IMG/VR virus record: IMGVR_UViG_3300025429_000057
Location: 1-29,555 of that record
DNA: 29,555 bases
Direction: 5' to 3' (one strand)
From: a virus
Lineage: Duplodnaviria > Caudoviricetes
The notes under the pieces were generated by a model, which was not told where the DNA came from, did not search any database, and saw only the letters and a program-made list of their open reading frames with translations. Each line of letters opens with the position of its first letter. The stretch's first letter is position 1. Shown in pieces: positions 24,386 through 29,555 of this stretch. The position numbers and the translations under genes are program-made.

Positions 24386-26983
24386 ATGCCCTTACAAAGA
24401 CTACAGTTTAGAGCGGGAATTAACCGGGAGGGCACAGATTACGCCAATACGGGTGGTTGGTATGACTGTAATAATATTCGTTTTCGTTCTGGGTTCCCAG
24501 AAAAATTAGGTGGATGGGCACAAGTTAGCCCAAATCAATTTATAGGGCATGCAAGGGCACTTTGGAGTTGGGTTGACTTATCTGAAAATAACTTTATTGG
24601 TGTTGGTACACAGATTAAGTACTATATATACAACGGCGGTGCTTATAACGATATCACACCTATTATTCAAACCGATACACTTACCAATCCTTTTACAACA
24701 ATTTCTAGCTCTGCAATAGTAACGGTAACGGACGGGGGGTATTCCCCAAATGTAGGCGATTATGTTTTATTTTCCGGTGCCTCAACTGTAGGGGGGTTGA
24801 CTTTAAATGGAGAGTATGTAGTAACTGGGATTGTTTCAGCAACGCAATATCAAATTACTGCTTTAACTACGGCTTCTTCAAGTGCAACAGGTGGAGGAAC
24901 AGTTACCGCCCAATATGAATATCCAACGGGCTTAGATACATTTACTTCAGGAAATGGTTGGGGTATTGGTCCTTGGGGCGGAGTAGTTAGTCTCAGTCCT
25001 ATATCGTTAGGATCAAATCCTTTTGCGACTATAAATGGCAGTGCTACTATTACAGTGACTCAAACCGCGCATGGGCTAACTACAGGTAATTATGTTTTAT
25101 TTTCTGGGGCTACAAGCTTTGCAGGTATACCAGCAATTGTTTTAAATAATTTATATTCTATTGTTGTAACTGGGGTAAATACCTATACCATAGCAATTTC
25201 TACAATTGCGGGTTCTTTGACTGCTAATGCTACAACTTCAGGCGGTGGAAGCAGTATTACTGTATTAGAACAATCAGGTTCCCGTGGGTGGGGCACTGCA
25301 TATTCGGGCGTTAATAATTTAGGTAGTCAACTGCGTCTTTGGTCCAACGATAACTTTGGTCAAGATTTAGTTATCGCCCCAAGAGGTGGTCCAATATATT
25401 ATTGGGCGGATTCAACTGGAGTTAGCTCAAGAGCCGTATCTCTTGTATCTTTAGCAGATTCAACAACTTCTACGACTACAACTGCTACTTTTAGTAGTGG
25501 CGTTAGTTCAATTACTGTTGGAAATCCTGCAAGTATTTATGCAGGTGCATATGTAACAGGTACTGGAATACCTGCCAATACTTATGTATTAAGTACTTAT
25601 ATTACCGGTTCTACTACGGTTCCACTTTCCGCATCAACTACTGCAAATAGTTCAGGAAATTACGGATTTTCTTATTCTGGATCCGCTGTACCCATTGCAA
25701 CTTATCAAGTAATTACATCCGCTATACAAGAATTTGTTATCTGTTTTGGAGCTAATCCTTACGGTTCTTCTACATTTAACCCTATGGTTGTTCGTTGGTC
25801 TGATCAGGCTAATGCCTATCAATGGGTTCCAAATATTACAAATCAATCAGGTGACTACACATTAACAAACGGTTCTTATATTGTTGGTGCAAGATCTACT
25901 CGCCAAGAAATTTTGATTTGGACGGATTCTGCTTTGTATTCTATGCAATACACCGGAGCGCCTTATGTTTGGGGTTTCCAAATTATGATGGATAACATTA
26001 GCACCATATCTCCAAACTGTATGGTTACGGTTAATAATGTGACATATTGGATGGGCCAAGATAAGTTTTATATTTATACTGGTTCTGTAGCAACGCTGCC
26101 CTGCTCCGTGCGTCAATATGTATTTGAGAATTTAAATTCGCAACAATCTTATCAAGTATTCGCTGGGGCTAATGAAGCATATAACGAAGTATGGTGGTTC
26201 TATTGTTCTAATGGTTCTACCACTATAGATTCTTACGTTATCTATAATTACCTTGACCGTGTATGGTATTTCGGGGAAATGGCTAGAACTGCATGGCTAC
26301 AAAATGGTCTTGAGCAATACCCAGTAGCAGCTTGCTATAATACTAATTCATTATTTACTGGTTATATATCAGGAACTACCCTGCACGTAACAGCTATTAC
26401 ATATGGTTCTTTGGCAGTAGGGCAAACCCTAACTGCACAAGGTATTGCCGCAAATACCACAATCACCGTTTTAGGTACTGGTTCTGGTGGTGTAGGAACT
26501 TATACAGTTTCTGTTAGCCAAACGATTGCGTCTACAACTATAGTATCTTCAAATGGTAATGGGATATTAGTTAACCATGAAATTGGAACAGATGACAATT
26601 CTACCCCAGCAACCTTACCAATAGATGCTTATGTGCAATCATCTGATTTTGAGATTGGGGAAGGGCATAACTTTGGGTTTGTATGGAGGATACTGCCGGA
26701 CGTAAACTTTAATGGATCTACGGCGGATAACCCAACCGTAACTATGACGGTTAAACCTAGACAAAATTCAGGAAGTGCTTACGGTCCGGCGGATAATCCA
26801 CAAGTCCAGAGTGCAAATAATTATGCGTTATCAAGTGAATATAACATTCAACAATTTACTGGGCAGGTATATACAAGGTTGCGTGGGCGGCAGATGAGCT
26901 TTAAAATAGAGTCCAGTTCTGTCGGAACTGCTTGGCAGCTTGGCGTACCCCGTATTGACATTAGACCGGATGGTAGAAGATGA
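24386..26983 (+). CDS. Tail nozzle/DNA stabilisation protein (P22 gp10 / tail tubular B-like) with four inserted modules
   Basis: 865 aa; NIRFRSGFPEKLGGW, LWSNDNFGQDL, VRWSDQ, EILIWTD, YWMG..FYIY, NEVWWFY, RTAW, TRLRGRQ, RIDIRPDGRR; precedes the internal virion genes. Confidence 0.72.
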   Translation: MPLQRLQFRAGINREGTDYANTGGWYDCNNIRFRSGFPEKLGGWAQVSPNQFIGHARALWSWVDLSENNFIGVGTQIKYYIYNGGAYNDITPIIQTDTLTNPFTTISSSAIVTVTDGGYSPNVGDYVLFSGASTVGGLTLNGEYVVTGIVSATQYQITALTTASSSATGGGTVTAQYEYPTGLDTFTSGNGWGIGPWGGVVSLSPISLGSNPFATINGSATITVTQTAHGLTTGNYVLFSGATSFAGIPAIVLNNLYSIVVTGVNTYTIAISTIAGSLTANATTSGGGSSITVLEQSGSRGWGTAYSGVNNLGSQLRLWSNDNFGQDLVIAPRGGPIYYWADSTGVSSRAVSLVSLADSTTSTTTTATFSSGVSSITVGNPASIYAGAYVTGTGIPANTYVLSTYITGSTTVPLSASTTANSSGNYGFSYSGSAVPIATYQVITSAIQEFVICFGANPYGSSTFNPMVVRWSDQANAYQWVPNITNQSGDYTLTNGSYIVGARSTRQEILIWTDSALYSMQYTGAPYVWGFQIMMDNISTISPNCMVTVNNVTYWMGQDKFYIYTGSVATLPCSVRQYVFENLNSQQSYQVFAGANEAYNEVWWFYCSNGSTTIDSYVIYNYLDRVWYFGEMARTAWLQNGLEQYPVAACYNTNSLFTGYISGTTLHVTAITYGSLAVGQTLTAQGIAANTTITVLGTGSGGVGTYTVSVSQTIASTTIVSSNGNGILVNHEIGTDDNSTPATLPIDAYVQSSDFEIGEGHNFGFVWRILPDVNFNGSTADNPTVTMTVKPRQNSGSAYGPADNPQVQSANNYALSSEYNIQQFTGQVYTRLRGRQMSFKIESSSVGTAWQLGVPRIDIRPDGRR

Positions 26984-27297
26984 GCACTGGAACCACAAAA
27001 GCACCGAATCTACCACTGCCCCCGGCAGAGTATGATCAACAGTATTTTATTCAATTAACGAATGCACTAAGGCTTTATTTTGCCCAATTGGATAACCCAG
27101 GACCATCCGCAATGGCAACGCAAAGAACGGGTGGCGCAGTAGTTTCAGCATTAAATTTTAGTCAACCTGGAACAACGGGGACTGGTCAGGTTTTGAGTTT
27201 GCCAACACAGACTGATTTTTCAAATGGGTTAATACGTGTTGGGGATGTTTATGTAGACGAATCGGCTAGTAACGTATTAAAAGTTAGAATTTCTTAA
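26980..27297 (+). CDS. Hypothetical tail-associated protein (105 aa)
   Basis: ATGA overlap; APNLPLPPAEYD..LRLYFAQLD; GDVY..NVLKV. Confidence 0.7.
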   Translation: MSTGTTKAPNLPLPPAEYDQQYFIQLTNALRLYFAQLDNPGPSAMATQRTGGAVVSALNFSQPGTTGTGQVLSLPTQTDFSNGLIRVGDVYVDESASNVLKVRIS

Positions 27298-27307
27298 GGA
27301 AGATTGT

Positions 27308-29026
27308 ATGAATTTACTAAACAAATTATTAAACCCCCTTGAGATTATCAAGACGTTTACCTTTTTTGTTGACGGAGGAATTGGTGAGGCTGCTCTAGCT
27401 AGTGAGGCCGTAAGCGGAATGGATTTAGCAGCGGATGCCGGTCTGAGTGGAGCAAACGCTATAGGTGGCGGTGCTTTAGCTACTGGCGTAGGTTCGGGCG
27501 CAACGGTTAGTGGTATGGATTTAGCCGCTGATGCCGGAATGGGAGCTAACAATGCTATTGGTAGTAATGCGCTATCTAATATGCCAATTGGACCTGGAAC
27601 ACCAACAGGCCCTGCAATAAATGCGGCAAATGCAGCAGTAAATGAAGCTAACGTAGCAGCAAAAGCCGCAAGTCCATATGCTCTTAATGGCGCTTCTACG
27701 ACATTGAATTCTGCTGGATCTATGGCTAATACTTTCCCTAGCTTGCAAAATGGGTCTATAGCCAATGGTTTAAGCAGCTTGCAAGGTAACCCATCTGTTT
27801 TGGCTAATGCACCATCTCTTGCTGATGCTTATACAACAGCTAATCCAGCTTTAGGTCCGGGTCTTGGACTTAACCCCGCTTTAGGTCAGGCTGGATTTAA
27901 TGCTGGAATGGCAAATGCTGCCACTGCTTCTGCTTCTCCTTTTAGTTCTTTGGGTAATATGTTTAGTTCAGCTGCACAATGGGCAAGTGCTAATCCAGTT
28001 AAAGCTACAGCATTGGGGGGTGTAGCAGGTATATATGCGTTGATGAAATCTGGTGCAATGAATCCAAATTATATGACACCATATCAACCACCCAGTGCCG
28101 CATCAGTTGGACTTGGTAGAACATTGTCACCACAGTATAAACCTACATTTGCAATGGCGGAAGGTGGAGTTACTTCACTTGCTATAGGCGGTACGCCTGG
28201 GCAACAATATCCTATGAGTCAAATTAACTATAACGGATATAACACACCTACACAAATGCCAACAACCGCTATGCAAATGGCGGGGTATCAACCTAGTAAT
28301 ATGCCATTACAAGGCGCATTACAACAAAATATGGCATCTGGTGGTTCCGCCAGTTCTAGTCAGTCTACACCTTCTAGCGTTAGTAGTTCTAGTGCCCCTG
28401 TTTCTGGAATTACTGCGGCGGGTTTAGATACCGCACCCGAATTAAATGTTTGGCATCCCAGTGCTTCTAATAATGGCAGTTTGCAAGATCTTGCCGCGCA
28501 ATACGGAGTTAGTTTGCCTAGTGGAATGGCCAATCAAGGGGTTACTTCGTTAGCATCTGGTGGGGATACATTAACCCAAATAGCAGGACAACAAAATTCC
28601 CCCATAGATCCAAGGACTGGGGTTCCTTATGATCAAGAACAATTTAATAACCCAGGATTTTTTGGTGGGTTAGGAGAAAGCATAGATAATTTAGGTCGAA
28701 GCATAGGTAAGGGACTAGGGTTTGCTCATGGTGGTAGTGCCGGGGGGTATAACCTAGGAGGATACTCAGATGGTGGACGATTACTTAAAGGCCCGGGAGA
28801 TGGTATGTCTGATGATATTCCCGCTTCTATCGCACACAAACAACCAGCAAGATTGGCAGATGGCGAATTTGTTGTGCCTGCTGATGTTGTCTCTCATCTT
28901 GGTAATGGTTCTACTGATGCTGGTGCTAAACATCTCTATTCCATGATGGACAGAGTACGTAAAGCACGTACTGGTAATCTAAAACAAGGTAAACAAATTA
29001 AACCAGAAAAGTATTTACCTGCATGA
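27308..29026 (+). CDS. Putative internal virion/ejection protein (572 aa)
   Basis: TAAGGA RBS; A/G/N/S-rich; multiple xxxGG motifs; C-terminal GPGDGMSDDIPA..ARLADGEFVVPADVV domain. Confidence 0.65.
   Translation: MNLLNKLLNPLEIIKTFTFFVDGGIGEAALASEAVSGMDLAADAGLSGANAIGGGALATGVGSGATVSGMDLAADAGMGANNAIGSNALSNMPIGPGTPTGPAINAANAAVNEANVAAKAASPYALNGASTTLNSAGSMANTFPSLQNGSIANGLSSLQGNPSVLANAPSLADAYTTANPALGPGLGLNPALGQAGFNAGMANAATASASPFSSLGNMFSSAAQWASANPVKATALGGVAGIYALMKSGAMNPNYMTPYQPPSAASVGLGRTLSPQYKPTFAMAEGGVTSLAIGGTPGQQYPMSQINYNGYNTPTQMPTTAMQMAGYQPSNMPLQGALQQNMASGGSASSSQSTPSSVSSSSAPVSGITAAGLDTAPELNVWHPSASNNGSLQDLAAQYGVSLPSGMANQGVTSLASGGDTLTQIAGQQNSPIDPRTGVPYDQEQFNNPGFFGGLGESIDNLGRSIGKGLGFAHGGSAGGYNLGGYSDGGRLLKGPGDGMSDDIPASIAHKQPARLADGEFVVPADVVSHLGNGSTDAGAKHLYSMMDRVRKARTGNLKQGKQIKPEKYLPA
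27410..27570 (+). repeat. Internal duplication VSGMDLAADAG..NAIG..AL x2 (96-nt spacing)
   Basis: 27410-27442 and 27506-27538 encode an identical 11-mer with synonymous differences. Confidence 0.8.
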
Positions 29027-29436
29027 ACATCACAATAAGACACATCCACACAAACTACTGCGCTCAGACATGGCCTTTAGTGGAGGGTTTTATTGCTAAA
29101 GCGCATGTTTATAGCGGTGGCGACTATAGCATGGATCAGATTCAACAGTTTGTTAATACTGGTCAATGGGTTCTTTTGGTGGCGGTAGATGAGAATAATG
29201 TACTTCATGGGGCGGGCACGGTTTCGTTCATGAACTATCCAACTCACAGGATTGCATTTATTACGTCTATGGGCGGTAGGTTGATCATGAATCACGATAC
29301 TTTTAAGCAAATAAAAGCTATCTTAAAAAGCATGGGAGCAACTAGAATACAGGGTGCGGTAAGGGATTCTGTAGCTAGATGGCTCAAACAGTATGATTTT
29401 GAAAAGCGCTACACCGTAGTGCAAACAGATATTTAG
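29023..29436 (+). CDS. GNAT/acetyltransferase-like protein adjacent to ejection genes
   Basis: ATGA overlap; pattern WVLLVAV..HGAGTV..IAFITSMGG..GATRIQG..VARWLKQYDF; synteny resembles P22 gp14 and T7 gp13. Confidence 0.55.
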   Translation: MNITIRHIHTNYCAQTWPLVEGFIAKAHVYSGGDYSMDQIQQFVNTGQWVLLVAVDENNVLHGAGTVSFMNYPTHRIAFITSMGGRLIMNHDTFKQIKAILKSMGATRIQGAVRDSVARWLKQYDFEKRYTVVQTDI

Positions 29437-29445
29437 GAGTCTATT

Positions 29446-29555
29446 ATGGGCGGTGGTGGAAGTAGCGGCGGCGGTCAAACGCAACAACAGAATCAATATA
29501 CAAATTTATCTTCTTGGGCACAACCATATGTGACAAGTATACTTGGTGCTGCTCA
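29446..29555 (+). CDS. 5' part of a putative ejection/DNA-transfer protein (truncated by the window)
   Basis: AGGAG RBS; MGGGGSSGGGQTQQQNQYTNLSSWAQPYVTSILGAA... Confidence 0.7.
   Translation, partial: MGGGGSSGGGQTQQQNQYTNLSSWAQPYVTSILGAA

Noticed and set aside
7950-27322. Shared N-terminal MNLLN in the 857-aa and 572-aa proteins
   Set aside because: Only 5 aa of AT-rich start-proximal sequence with two instances; plausibly chance.
27308-29026. Tape measure protein call for the 572-aa ORF
   Set aside because: No tail tube, chaperone frameshift pair or baseplate context; the position after the nozzle fits an internal ejection protein better.
42-29310. Numerous minus-strand and alternate-frame ORFs in the track (e.g. 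6470-6811, 13576-14004, 27277-27765, 2689-2922, 19251-19520)
   Set aside because: They lie wholly over well-supported + strand genes, lack recognisable motifs, and look like shadows of biased codon usage. Only the Rz1 frame has positive evidence.
1-29555. Alternative genetic code, tRNAs, introns/inteins, integrase or IS elements
   Set aside because: Standard-code ORFs tile the window using all three stop codons. No cloverleaf, splicing motif or transposase/integrase signature was recognised by eye.

Overview
A 29.6-kb, entirely + strand, tightly packed virion morphogenesis and lysis region of a tailed dsDNA phage. It is probably a P22/T7-like short-tailed virus: it has a portal with a Gln-rich barrel, adaptors, a nozzle and ejection-type proteins, and no tape measure, sheath or tube gene is visible. 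The embedded Rz/Rz1 spanins indicate a Gram-negative host. Gene order: probable end of terL, a 192-aa orphan, portal, GroES-like co-chaperonin, scaffold, decoration protein, Mu-gpT-like major capsid protein, a terminator/promoter/structured-RNA intergenic region, virion proteins, a cluster of small basic proteins, adaptors, tail fibres (S74 chaperone; gp38-like Gly-rich adhesin), a cupin, a 20-aa repeat protein, an enlarged lysis cassette, the nozzle, an internal virion protein, a GNAT-like protein and the start of an ejection protein. Most notable observations: (i) a short hydrophobic-x-x-Gly-Gly tag recurring about 18 times across nine otherwise unrelated proteins, plus a shared DGxAxRGxTxG motif, a candidate head-cargo targeting or processing system; (ii) a double-pseudoknot RNA abutting an RBS after the capsid gene; (iii) Russian-doll nesting of small beta-modules that are shared among structural proteins; (iv) a probable AUU start codon and a second lipoprotein in the lysis cassette; (v) a promoter-like site inside the scaffold gene. 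All functional calls come from motif recognition and synteny by eye; no searches were run.
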